Of a stretch of DNA of 64,000 nucleotides, positions 26,086-39,310 are shown piece after piece. The DNA comes from Vicugna vicugna. Its lineage: Eukaryota. How positions within the stretch are numbered: the stretch's first letter is position 1; every line of letters starts with the position of its first letter. The notes under the pieces were generated by a model. That model saw only the letters and a program-made list of their open reading frames with translations. It did no database searches and was not told the DNA's origin. The DNA lies in NCBI GenBank assembly GCA_013265495.1, contig MU058153.1, forward strand, positions 498,001 to 562,000, written 5' to 3'. The position numbers were made by a program, and so were the translations under genes.

Positions 26086-28020
26086 TCAAATCTAATACTG
26101 ACTTGCCTAAGTATAGTTGTTTTTTGATAATAAAGCTAGATAATTGAAGAATGAGGGAGCTGGCTGTTGGCAAAACTTAAACAGTGGATTCCATTCGGAA
26201 AAAAGCTCGAAGCCTTTTAGGGCTTGGTTTAGTGATTTCAGATCCTGGTCTGGAGGGTGTGTGCTAATTTGCTGGTTTGCCAACCTGCATTATTGCCAGT
26301 GACAGCCAAGTAAGGAAGCTTAGATATAGGCCAAAATCTTGTGTAGCAGTTTTTAGTAAGAAAGGGGCTCTTTCAAGAACCGTTAGATACAATCAGAGGT
26401 GTAGGATACATTCTCATACCCTGCATTCAGGCGCCTCTCTGCTTCTGAGTCTAGGCTTAGGAACAAAAAGGAGCTATTTTATAATCAGCAGTTGACTTTT
26501 GCTTCAGTCAACTAGTTTAAACTCATGCTGTTGGTTGACTCTCAGGGCCCTTTGGCTGATTATTAGAACATTTTTCCTAGTCATTACTGGAAACTTTCCT
26601 AATATCCTGCAGCCATAACGTACTGTTTCCCTATTATATCTTGTGTGTGGGAATTCAGACCATCCCTGAGTATTCCCCATGATTGTTGGCATGGCAAAAA
26701 GAGTCAATAGCTGTCGGTGGCTTTTCCTCACAATTTCCTATATGATTGTGCTAGTTTAATTAGAGTGTGGATAGGTCTATAAATGAGTTGCTACACTTTT
26801 ACTCAGTAAGGAACATCTACTTCTATTTTAATTCTCTACTGGTATTCTCTAAGGAGATGCCAAAATGCTTTCCATCTGGAATTAGGAATCCTTTATTTTC
26901 ATTGGGGAAATCTGTGCTCCTGGAAAACTCTTTAGTTTGGCTCATTACTCAGCTGCCATGCTGCAAGAGAGGGAAAACACCCCAAACTAAAACATTGTAA
27001 ATGACACCAGGGATAGTTAGAACACGTAAAATAATTTTTATAGTCCCACAAATGGTATGTTAAAATCCTTTAAGAGCACTACAAAGTAGTTGGGTAGGTG
27101 TTATTCACACTCTTCAAAATAAGAAAGCCATTTAGACATCGTGGTTATGACTGTGACCTTAGTGAAGTCACTTGACATGTTAATATCAAACCCAGATGTC
27201 CTAACTTCAAACATATACTCTGTCCATTGGACATTGTCCTCTCACCACGAGAATCTAAGAGAGAATACAAGAAGCATCTGACAGCAAGTACAGGAAGCAA
27301 CACTTGCTTTGTTTTGACTGGGAATTATTGGTTTCTGTTACATAGATAGGGAAGCAGTTTAGTGATGAGAGAAACTTGGAGAGTTGAAGTCAGAAAGCTT
27401 AAAAGTTCCATTTTTGACTTTTCCACTCTAACTTCGGGATTCTGTGTACTTAACCGTTTAGCCTCAGTTTCATTGTACAATTAAGATTCATAACGTAGTT
27501 TGGGGAGATAAATGAGATGTTTTACTAGCAGACCAGTGTATTGGAGTTCATTGTCAGGGAGGGTTCGTAAGAGCAGCTTAGATTCCAGGGAAAAAGGGGA
27601 GAGATTATTAAAGAGAGAATTATTGGCCCAAATCATTCCATTTGTTCCTCTTCTCCTCCAGGCCTCTGAATCACAGACTACACATACTCACAGATCAGAG
27701 AAATAAGAATAACGGCTTTATAGAAAGCTTTCTGAATATATATAAAGTATATATAACCTGGTAGGGGGTTGCTGGTAACACCTAGTGAACCTAAGTTCAG
27801 ATAATCAAAGAAAAGTAACCCTCCTTAACACCCTGATTGGCAGTGCACAAGAGGGAACTCAAGAACCCTCTTTGTCTTTCACTCTTCCTCTGATCCTAGT
27901 AGATGAAGCTAACGCAGTGAAAGTTTCTCACTGAAACACATCCTATATGTTATGGGATTTTAAAAATTCATAAAATCGGAGAATATCAGAGTTGCAAGAG
28001 AATTTAGATACCATCCATTC

Positions 28021-28186
28021 CAGTGATTTTCTTGCTCAATTAGACATGGAACTGTTAACATCTCATAAAAATCTAGCGTCTAAAATGAGTTAAAACGCTG
28101 CTGCTCTTCCTGAACCTCAGAGCTTTTACCTATCTCCACGGTGGACTCACAGTACCTTCAGAACATACTTTGAAAAGCATAGATCT
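28021..28186. mobile_element. MER103-like hAT MITE inserted in a MIR remnant
   Basis: cagtgattttc...aaaacgctgctgctct...gaacatactttgaaaagcatagatcta, flanked by MIR-like halves (about 27980-28330). Confidence 0.5.
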
Positions 28187-29452
28187 AATCAAACAGCTCG
28201 TTTCACTTTTAGAGAGCTAAACCATAAACAGATTAAATGATTTTCCCAAGTCACATCGTGAATTAGTGGCTAAACTTGAACAAGGACTTGAATCTTACTC
28301 CCAATTCAGAACACTTTCTAACTGAACACGCTGTGCCCAATTGCTCAGCTTTTCTGGGATTCCTCTTTGGGAATTAATTTACTATGAAGAGGCAAACCTA
28401 AGATTGTTTGCGCCTTCATTCTCTGGACTATCCATCTTTGTGGTCTGCTGATATCATCCATCTGTAACTACCTGGTACTCACAGAAGTGTTTACCAGCAG
28501 GGTTTGTGGTCTGGATTCACAGGGAAGAATCAGAGTGCAGGAAATCTACTGCTGATTTAAATACCTTAAATGCTTCTAGACCCAGATCTTTCTGAAATTA
28601 AGTTCCGTTAGTTATTTATGGGTATTTTGTTTTCCTTTTGCATTGAAAACAAGGCATGAGAGTCATTTCCAGCAGTAACACTGTATGTGAAAAGAAGATT
28701 GTGTCTAAATAGGCTACTTTTTCAAGTTTTAATTGGCCTAATTACTTCATGTTTGTAAAGTGCTTTGAAGAGGAAAGGTGTTATATTAGTGTTGCTTGTT
28801 ATTATTTTAGTTCTCCCAGCGGCATTTGCTGGTTTCTTAAATTGCCTCCCTTGAAGTGACCTAATAATCAAATTGCCAGGGAAGATGTGTTCTTTTTAAT
28901 TTTTTCTTTATCTTTTTTCTTCTTTTTTTAGAGTACCACTGTTCAAACATAAGGAAAGTTGGGAGACTAATGACATAGTGCCATCTTCCCTTCTGACTCG
29001 TTCAGCTGCTCTAGGGTCTTTCCAGAGTTGGGGATGAATTGGACCTTTGCTCTCTGCCTCTCTCTCAGTTGCTATCTTTGTTAGTGGAAAAGCTAGCGTT
29101 TTCCGGAGGCCACATCTGTCAGCAAAATGTTCTGCGGTGAGCCTCTCTAAAGACCAGGACTCCTGGGGGACTTGAACAAAGCATTGCAGCCCCTTGGTAG
29201 CCAGGAGGAGAAGGAGACTGAGTCGCTTCTACCTTTCAGCCCTCCCCCCCGTCTTCCCCGAGCATCCTCAGGTGAAGGGAAGGAGGAAGAGGCTGCCTGA
29301 GGGTATCAGAATTTACTGACACCGTTTGTGAAGACAAATACTGAAGGGGTATTTCCTCTCTTGTGACACCAAATGTTTTTCTTTAACCATAAAACAGAGG
29401 ATTTTTTTTTCCCCTTAACCTGTGATGCAGTAAGGAAATAGTTTAATTTTTT

Positions 29453-32047
29453 GTTCTGCTAAGGTGACAGACACAGTACAACCCAGGAAAGCCCTGGCTT
29501 CTGCTTGTTCCAACCCTAGTCATCCTGCCAAAGATGCCCTGGCCCAGCCTGGCTCATTCTGGGACCTCCCCCTTCCCCAGCCTGTGCCCTCTCCAGTCCC
29601 AGCTGGCCTGCCAATGCCACCTGGCACACATAGCCTACATAGAGAATGCACCTACACAAGGCCAGCCCTTCAAGGCCAGGTAATAGTTTCATGTAGTTCA
29701 TAGAAACAAACACAGAAATCAAACAAAGTGAAGAGTCACAGGAATTTGTTCCAAACAAAAGAACAAGATAAAATCTGAGGGGGTCGGGGTAGGGGCAAAA
29801 AATTACTTCAGGAACAAAGATAAGTTATTTACCTGGTGAAGAGTTCAAAGCAGCAGTTGTAAAGATGATCACATCTCAGGGAAAGAATGGAGGAATGCAA
29901 TGTGAATGTCAGAAGAGAATTAGAAAATATAAAAAAAGAACCACTCTGAGCTGAAGAATTCAATAACTAAAATGAAAAATACACTACAGAGAATTAATAG
30001 CAGATGAGATGGAACAGAACTCATAAGCAGCCTGGAGGACAGAATAGTGGAAATCACCCACTCAGAACAGCAAAAATAAAAAGCATTAAAGAAAATGAGG
30101 ATAGTTTAAGATGCATCTGAGACAACATCAATTATACAGAGGTCTGAGATGGAGAAAGGAGAGAGGGGCAAAAAAGTTATTTGAAGAAACAGTGGCTAAA
30201 AACTTCCCATACCTGGAGAAGGAAATAAATATCCGGGTCCTGCAAGCATGGAGTCCCAAAGACACTACCAACAACAACCACCACCACCACCACAACAACA
30301 AACAGGCCAATAGCCCTAAGTAACAAGATGCAAACATCCTCAACAAGTTATTAGCAAATTGAATTTAACACTACATTAGAAGGATCATATAACATGATCT
30401 AGTGAGATCTACCCCAAGGACTCAGGGATGTTTCAATATCTGCAGCTCAGTCAACATGATACACCACATTAACAAAACGAAGGATGTAAATCACAAGATC
30501 ATCTCAGAAGATACAGAAAAAGTATTTGACAAACTCTAACATCCACTTACGATAAAAACTTTCAACAAAGTGGTTATAGAAGGACTGTATCTCAACATAA
30601 TAAAGATCATATATGACAAATGCACAGCTAGCATTATCTTCAGTGGTGAAAAGCTGGGAACTTTTTCTCTACAGTCAAGAGCAAGACAGGGATGCTCAAT
30701 GTCATCATTTTATTCAAAATAGTATTGGAAGTCCTAGCCACAGCAATCAGACAAGAAAAAGAAATAAAAAACATACAAATTGGAAGAGAAGAAGTAAAAC
30801 TGTCACTATTTGTCACTATTTGTGATACTATATGTAGAAAACCCTAAGAACTATTTGAATGCATAAATGAATTCAGTGAAGTTGCAGAGTAAAAAATTCA
30901 TGCACAGAAATCTGTTGCATTTCTATACACTAATAACTATCAGAAAGATAAGAAAACAGTGTCATTTACATTTGCATCAAAAACAATAAAATACCTAGGA
31001 ATAAATTTAACCAAAGAGGTGAGAGACCTGTACTTTGAAAAGTATAAGACGTTGATGAACGAAATTGAAGATGATATAAGTAAATAGAAAGATATACCAT
31101 GCTTGTGGATCAGAATAATTAGTAACTAAAAGGTCCATACTATCCAAAGAAATCTACAGATTCAGTGGAATCCCTATCAAAATGTCCATGTCTTTCATAG
31201 AACTAGAACAAACAGTCCTAAAATTTATATGAAACTACAAAAGACTCCAAATAGCCAATGCAATCTTGAGAATGAAGAACAAAGCTTCTTGATTTCAAAA
31301 TATAATACAATGTTACAGTAATCAAAATAGTTTGGTACTGGCACAAAAACAGACAGATCAATGGAACAGAGTAAAGAGCCCTGAAATGATGCTTATATGG
31401 TCAATTACTCTTTGACATGGGAGGCAAGAATATACAATTGGGAAAAGACAGTCTTTTCAATAAATGGTTTTGAGAAAGCTGGACAGCTGTATGTAAAAGA
31501 ATGAAACTAGAACATCTTCTTACAGCACATACAGAAATTAGCTCAAAATGGATTAAAGACATATGTAAGAGCATGAAACCATAAAACTCCTAGAAGAAAA
31601 TATAAGTTGTATGCTCTTTGACATTGGTCTTAGCAATATCTATCTATCTATATGTCTGTCTGTCTGTCTATCTATCTGTCTATCTATCTATCTATCTGTC
31701 TAAAAAGCCTCTGCACAGTGAAGGGAACCATGAACAAATATTAAAAAATAGAACAGAGTCAGAGAACAAACTCGTGGCAGCCAGAGGGGAGGGTGGTAGG
31801 ATGATGAGCAAAATAGATGATGGGGATCTAGATGTACAAACCTCAGTTATAAAATAAATAAGTCACAGAGCTTGTAATGTACCATATAGGGAATATTGTC
31901 AGAATACTCTAATAACTTTGTGTGGTGACAGATGTAACTAGACTCAAAGTGGTGATCATTTTGTAATATGAGAAAGTACCAAATCAATATGTTTTACGCC
32001 TGAAACTAATGTCATATTGTAAGTCAGCTACACTTCAGCAAAAAAAA
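29453..32047 (+). mobile_element. Internally deleted L1: 5' UTR-like segment, ORF1 N-terminal part, ORF2 RT region, 3' UTR and A tail; all frames broken
   Basis: ORF1-like 29728-30260 (gagttcaaag, gaaaatataaaaaagaacc, aaaacttccc); RT-like 30261-31737 (gatgcaaacatcctcaac ~DAKILN, agacagggatgc RQGC, aaatacctaggaataaattta KYLGINL); TSD-like 17-mers at 29435-29451 and 32048-32064. Confidence 0.92.
31638..31702. repeat. (TCTA/TCTG)n tetranucleotide repeat inside the L1
   Basis: Read directly. Confidence 0.95.
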
Positions 32048-33079
32048 GAAATATTCTAATTTTTGAGAAAATTTTTCTTGGTTTCAAAATTAGGTGAGTG
32101 AGTAGCTTGTTTGCTGGGTAGGAGGTGCTGTGTTGCCTGTTTTTCCCCAAAACTCGGTATAGTCAGTTCAACCTCAGAACCATGGGAATTAATGCACTTG
32201 TCAGTAGCTGTCATGTATTGAGAGCTTTCTGCATTCCCAGCAATGTGCTAGTCATTATTCATAGTTTCACAACAAACTTAGGCTGTTTTAATGAAGGAGG
32301 AGGTATTTTGGAAATAGTTTATACAGATTGGTAAAGAATCTCTCGTCTCTTTGACAGTTAGATTTTTTTTTTTTTTTTTGAGAATGAGTTGCTTGAACCA
32401 CCTATCCATCTCTGGTCCTTTTCTCTCTGAGCCTCTGGAATTTCCTGTCATCAGGGAGGTTTAGAGCTCCTGGTAGAGGGACTGAGTTTGTGAAACTAAA
32501 CAGCCGAAGCTTTTCTTCCATCCAGCTGACTCAGGAATGCCAGGTAGTCTCAGGTTGTTTTCCAATACAAGTAAGTGGCTCATATGCCTTTTTGTTGATT
32601 GGTAAGCAAATTGCACAAGACATTTGAACAGCTTCTTAAAAAGAGAGACCACTGTGATGCTCATATTTTATACAAATTTCCTCAATTAACCACCATCCAC
32701 TTTAGGGTAGCAGATAATTCTAATAAAGCACTTTATTTCAATTTATACGTAACATTTCATTGAAAAGTTTCATGCAAACTAGGCTTTAAAAACGGAATCT
32801 TGTTTTCATATGGATTTAATTTTAAGTCCAATTTTTGTCCCCTTTTCATTTCTAAAAATTATGTTCCTTACAAGTTGATCACCATATCTTTTTTTCCCCC
32901 ACCCTCTTTTGTCCAGTAGGGTAACAATCAAGTGTTTGTGGTATACAAACAGGAGCATGGACCTTTTCAGTGGAGAAGCCATCCAGTTAAAGATCTCTTT
33001 TGGCACACATGGGTGATAATTGGGACATAATCTTGTTTTTCCTACAGAAGTCATGTGCCTTTTTTCTTTTCTTTTCTTT

Positions 33080-33295
33080 TCTTTTGAAGGTGTTAAAATT
33101 GATCAGTGGGTTCAGATGGCTCTCAGCCTGGACCACCTTCTAAAAAGCTCCCACCAGCCATTCACTTAATAGATTTTAGGTGATCATTGTCTGGATCCGT
33201 TATTTCTTTAGAAGTTGAAAAATAATGATTCTAATTCTATCAATCATTTACTATTGATTAGCTAGTTTTATTCTATAAAAAGGAACTTTCCCAGT
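33080..33295 (-). mobile_element. L1MC-like 3' UTR remnant
   Basis: aaaattgatcagtgggttcagatgg...ttctaattctatc...ttctataaaaaggaactttccc. Confidence 0.5.
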
Positions 33296-33559
33296 AAGAA
33301 AAGGCATTTGAGAACTGAAACGGACTGAGATATATATAGATATATTTATATATATATATATACACACACACACATTCATATATATATATACACATATATA
33401 TATCTCTGCAAATTTTACTAGTAAGAAAAACTGAGTGCTGAAATGGTTTCAGAGGCAGTGTGATGACTTGCTCAAAGCCACGCAAATATCTGCCCTCAGG
33501 CCAGAACAGGGATCTGGTACATTGCAGAGTAAGATGCTTATCCTAGATTAGATCAGCCT

Positions 33560-33725
33560 GCTTCTCCAGCTCTGCTGTGTGGAGGGGCCAGGCAGGTACA
33601 AAATGAGTGAGTCAGGGCTATATGATACAGTGGGTGTAAAGAAGCTCATGGCCAAAGCCTGTCTTTTGTAAAAGCATTTAAGTTCTCAAACTTTAAAACA
33701 CTGTACTGGGCAAAAATACACACTA
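33560..33725. mobile_element. MER102-like hAT remnant
   Basis: ggggccaggcaggtacaaaatgagtgagtcagg and tttaaaacactgtactgggcaaaa. Confidence 0.55.
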
Positions 33726-34129
33726 TTGATTAAATATTCTGAGTACATGTAAAGACTGTTTTCTCAGATAGTGTAAATGCACGTATCTCTCCTTATTAGG
33801 ACGATAGAGAAATAACCCAAGGATTGATGATAGAGTCACATATAAAGGTAGCAGTGTGGTCCAGTAAGACAGTCACCATGTAAGGGAATAATCAGCTTAT
33901 TTTTTTCCCTTCAGTTTCTAAAGCTACTAAAGGACACAGCCATATCTACCAAAATCAACTTTCATAACTTGTGTATTATAAACATTATGAGAAAGATATT
34001 AACCACACAGACCATAAGGAAAATGGGACGATCTTGAATTGCTTTCCCTCTTCATGCCTACTATTCTGGAGTGCTTTTTTTCTTGGTGTGGAATCCCTCA
34101 ACTTCAGCATTCTATTCACACACATATTA

Positions 34130-34390
34130 TAGCCCAGTAGTTAAACATTTAGACTGAAATTAAACAGACCTGTCGCCACTTAGCTATTCAAACTTGGGAA
34201 ATTAATTTAACAACTCTAAGTCTCCACTTCTTCAGTTGCAAAAGGGAATCCTGATAGCAAATGCCTCATAATGTTATTTTAGGGATTAAATGAGAGCATT
34301 TCAAGAGAATTAAATGAAATAATGCACGTAAAGGCCTTAGCATTTTGCCTATCCCAAAGTAAGCCCACCACACACATTTCCTATCTTATG
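34130..34390 (+). mobile_element. MIR SINE
   Basis: gccacttagct...cttgggaaattaatttaacaactctaagtctcc...gggattaaatgag...aatgcacgtaaaggccttagca. Confidence 0.75.
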
Positions 34391-35402
34391 TATCATTTCT
34401 TTATGGATGAACTTTTCCAAGAGGTGAATAGTTTGTTACTTGGTCAGGTTTATTTTTTGCAGTTACCTGACAAGTGTAAAACACACTTTAATTGGTAGAG
34501 ATATTTTGTTAACTTCAAAAAAATGTAATGATTCAGCAGTTGCATTAACTGGAAAAGCAGTGTAAATTTCCCACAGTGCACAGAGGTTGCCCCGAAATGT
34601 CTCCTAGGAAGTAAGTGCTGATGGAGGAGCAGGGATCTGTGGCCAAAGAGAGGGCTGGAGTGTGTGCAGTACTTGCTCAGATCCTGAACCAGGTGTTCAC
34701 CCAGTTGTTGTCAGTTGCCTGATAGAATGCTCCACTGCCTTTAGTTTTACTCAACTCACCTGTGCTCATAAGGCTGTTAGGCTACTGGAGAAAGCTTCAG
34801 AGACCATTGAAATTCAGTTAGGCTGATGAGTGTGAGTGTGAATACACACACACACACACACACACACATATCTAACATTTGCTAATTGATTTATATTAGG
34901 AAAGCACTGCTGTCTAAAAATACCTTTACCGTACTGTGATTGTAGAATTGTTCTCTTCTCTAAACACTCTTTCTTTATTACAATTTTTTTTACATGCCAC
35001 ACAAATTAATATTTGAAGTTACCAATCATTCACGGAGTATAGATTAATTAGGATGCTTTGTCTCAGATTTCTCAACTTTAATATTTATGGTAAAGGTGAG
35101 GAATGTTGCATTAAATACTTTTAAATCTAGGTACTACCGTACCAAATGCCTGAGTTATCTTCTTTAATTAGGAGAGAATGTGTGTGTGTTTGTGGGTGCG
35201 TGTGTGTGTGTGGTAAAGCTTGGGGAGTGAGAAAGAGAAATACTTCGTGGTTTGTTAGAAGATGCACTTTTTAAGTCCTAGCAACACCAAGTAACCTGTA
35301 ATGCTGGACTCTTCCAGCTTGAGAGAAGCATCGCTCGGAGGTAGATCCAGTGTGGAGTGAGAGGAAGGACACAAACTTCCTTCAAATTGTAAATTCCCTA
35401 AG

Positions 35403-35741
35403 TGTAGGGCCTTGTCAGGCTGCTATAACAAAATGCCATAGATTAGGTGGCTTATAAGTAGCAGAAATGTATTTCTTACAGTTCTGGAGGCTGGAGGCCC
35501 AAGATGAAGGCGTCTGCAAGATTCTGTGTCACGTGAGATCCTAATTCCTCACAGTCATCTTCTCCTGGCGGTAACCCCTCGTAGCAAGAGGGAGAGGAAC
35601 TTCGCAAAGGCACTAATCCCACCTATGAGGGCTCCGTCCTCATGACCTAAGCATGTCCCAAAGGCCGCCCTCCTAAAACCATCACATTGGACATTAGCTT
35701 TCAACATATGACTTTTGTAGGGACTCATTCAGCGTATAGCA
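35403..35741 (-). mobile_element. MLT1A/B-like solo LTR
   Basis: ggctgctataacaaaatgccatagattaggtggcttata...cagttctggaggctgg...ggcactaatccc...cctcatgacctaa...cattcagcgtatagca. Confidence 0.85.
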
Positions 35742-38700
35742 GGCCTCTATTTTATTTCTCTTTAACACTTGTCTTCATACTTAGCACATACACAATCCCA
35801 AAGCAATGTTTGAGGAGATTAATTGAAAATAAACTTTGTATGTATTTTCTAGGGTTGAACCAGGAGAGAAAAAGACCAAAATCAAATGACTCAAGGGACA
35901 AAAATGCTACCCTTTCTAGATAAGGAATTTTTTTCCATGTTAGAATTCACATCTGTCATTACATTTCCCCCCGACTCTGATTTGTATCCAAAAATGTAAC
36001 TTTTCCACTTTTTTGCTTTGGTATTTATGCCATCAAATTCTTTATAGACTAGTTAGTTTGTCCTCACTTAGACGAACAATACTTACGTAGCTTAAATTTT
36101 GCCTCCAAGTCTGTCTGTCTGCCTCCGTCATCATTTTTTGCTCTTCCTCTCTGGACTGTGTCCAGCTTCACTACATCAAGTCATTGTTAAAAGCTGCCAA
36201 AATGGAGCTTAGGGTTCCTGAGCTGGGGCAGCTGTCCTATGAAGGAGAGGCAGCATTTCTGTTTGCATCTGTGAAGCAGTGCTTAGAACATTGTGTGCTT
36301 AGTTTTCCTTTTGTATTTACATATTGATTTCCTTTTGTATCTACATATTTATCTCGCTAGACTGAGAGCTCTTTCAGGGAAGGATCAAGATTCATTTTTA
36401 CATTCTCAGTCTTGCAGTGCTTGGAGCACAATTAAATGCTAAATAAATACTAAGGGGATAACAGTGATAGAAAACATCACTGCCTCTCCCACACTCTGTC
36501 CCCTGCTACTATAATATAAGTGGTTTGATTTGGTCCTGAATGACAGGGATTTTTCCTTTTCCTTGTTTCTGTCCTTGCCTATGATTTAAAATAGATCAAA
36601 ACTAGGGCATGTGATGACATAAAATATCCCTCTAGGGTAAGGTGACTTCTCTTTTATATCCTCTAATTCTGTCTCCTTTCCTATCACAAACTTCAATTAT
36701 TTAGATGGCACTTGGTTTGCATATGGTTCTTGTTCACTTTTACTTTTCCAATAGCCTAGAAGAGCCTGGAGAAATTGATAACAGAAGCTAGGAAGATGTA
36801 ATAGTAATAATTGGTTTATATTTTTATACCCTGTTATTTTGTATTCTTTGGTTGTTTTCTGCTGTGACACAGAGAACAATCTTTCTGGACAATGTTTAAA
36901 CAAGAAAATTAAATAAGAATATTCATTCTAGTTATTTGTGCATGTTATTATCATTATTTTGTAAATATACCACATATAGAGACTATGCATTCTGAAATTT
37001 TCATCAGGACTTCCAAAAGCAATGACAGAATCTTTTCAATGATACCTTTCTGGATTTGGACCCCTGAAAGCATTTCACGTATGCTTATTCAATTCTGAAT
37101 TGATTTTGTTTGAAAAGATCATGAATTTTCCCAAAGATCTCCAATCAGTTATTTAACTTATCATTTAATATTTTAAGTGACAATGAAGCAAATATTGCTG
37201 GACCATATTATTGCTGAAGATACTGAGACACTGGAGATTTAAATATTACATGGTAAAATGGTGGTTGTAAGCCAATTCAGTCTAAGGAAGTGTAATATAT
37301 TTTCTATATTTTCTGAATGCTTATTCAGCAGTGACAGTATTAGACATCCTCCTAGTATTTCAAATAATAGTGAACTGGGAAGTTTATATTTCTTTCCTTA
37401 TATAATGGCTACTTACTTAGATGTTACACTGCTTGAATGTTTTCTGCTTCTCATTAGTGGTCTGAAACATTCTAGGAATCCGTATTTAATTTAAGTGTGA
37501 ACAGCACATGCATTTTTCTCTGTAGTACAGTTCTCCAGCTGGTATCTGGACCACGAAAATAGCTATCATCACTGCTGTTAAAAGCACACCCTTGTCACTG
37601 TGGTGACGTGGGTCCTGATTTAGTTTCAAGGGAGTCGTGGAAAGGAGAAATATGCATATAGAAATGACAGCATAATGTTCCTTTGAGCTCCTTATCCATA
37701 TCTCTTATGTTATCAGAGACACCTCCCATGCTGCCTGGACTGTTTGGAGAGACTCGAGCCATCTCTATCAAATCGATAATTAATCGCATGTGAAAGGTAC
37801 TTGGTTTAGGCGACAGCTGTTAGAAAGCAACCATGACCTTTTTAGATCTCCACTCCGTTTAGTACAATTAATAAGAAGCTCTTGCACTTTTTGCTTGGGG
37901 AGATTTGGGGGTCTTGTTCTGAAAGGAATGGAAGATGATGAGATGCCGGGGATTGAGAGAAAGATTGGTATCAATCAGTTAGCAGCCTGAGAGAATGACA
38001 GGGGTGGGTTCCCTTTAACTTTTTAGTTGGCAGATATTGAAACAAATGACTGTACCACTGTTGGCGTCACCAAAATACGTCTTCTGATACCTCTGGCAAT
38101 TTACCTCTCGACTGTGTTCTGTTTATCATTTTCAGTCTCCATCAGAGATCTTTTCTTTCTGTTGCAAGGTTGTTGCCAAAGTGTGTATGTGTATGATGTG
38201 ATTGTGTCCACCCATGTGTGTGTGCGTATGTGTGGTTTTTGCTTTTTTAAAATGACAAGTTCCACAATAGGGACAGAGCATGAATGCTTCTAATTTCTCT
38301 CTTGAACGTCTCAATTTAATGTGAACTGAATAGATGATGAAGAGGGTAAGAATGCAATCAGCAGTGAGTGACAGCGATGCTGTTCTCAAAGGAGGGGAGC
38401 AGGGGAGAAGACAAAAATCAACCCTAGTGCTATGTGTTAATTTCCATGTTGTCGAAATACAATAATATGCCCTGGCAACAGCGCCCTCAGGAAAGAGCCA
38501 AGTTTTGGTCGGCATCTCAAGCTGGCCAATTTGGTCTTAATCAGTTGTTTGCCACTGCTTGGCACGACAGCTTGCATAGTTATTATACATTTGTTTCCTT
38601 TTGTGGGGACTTATCGTGGTGCCCTTGCTGCTGTAACAGGACACCTGAATTTCATAAAAGGAGATATTTTTTGTCCTGTGAGTGTAGTGTGGTTATAGAA

Positions 38701-39134
38701 TGTGACATTGCCACTTGAAAATAAACATATATACATCATATATACATGTATATAAACCTACTGGTATTTGAACTCAGCAGCCCCAGTTTCCCTTTCTTCC
38801 TCTGCCTCCTTTGTTAGGTTTCTGCCCTAGGCTCAGATGATTGAGAAGAATAAGCATAGGCACAGTGTTTAATTTTTCCTCATCTCCTGTCTTTAACTTG
38901 TGAAACATGGCTGAACTAAATTTAGGATACACTCAAATAATTTTCCATGTACTTAATTTGCATGAAATGGTTTTTTTGCAATATTTAGATAGATTAAGCT
39001 TTTTTCAGTCTAGCCTTCAAGACCCTCAACTGCCTGGCTTCAGTAGACTTTCTAATCAAATTCTTCAGTGCTTCCCTTCAGATGACCAGGTAGACTATCC
39101 CTATTCCTTATTACCTAGGTGAAAAGACTTTGAT

Positions 39135-39310
39135 GTCAGTGTTTTGAGTTTGAACATGTATTAACTTTATGACTTCAGGTAAGTTACCTATTTTAAATTT
39201 TTTGTGCCCTAGATTCTTCATCTTTGAAATGGTTAATAATACTTCTAACATAGTGTTGCTGTAAAAACGAAATAAAGTATCATGCTTCAGATACATAGCT
39301 TGCTATCAGT
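39135..39310 (+). mobile_element. MIR SINE
   Basis: tgacttcaggtaagttaccta...ttcttcatctttgaaatggttaataatactt. Confidence 0.6.

Noticed and set aside
32072..32099. TAG|GTGAGT as a recursive splice site
   Set aside because: Pyrimidine tract is interrupted by caaaat just before the AG, so it is consistent with chance
38478..38495. CTCF-like motif (cagcgccctcagg); also cagtgccctcctgctg near 50696
   Set aside because: Only part of the core matches, with key positions mismatched
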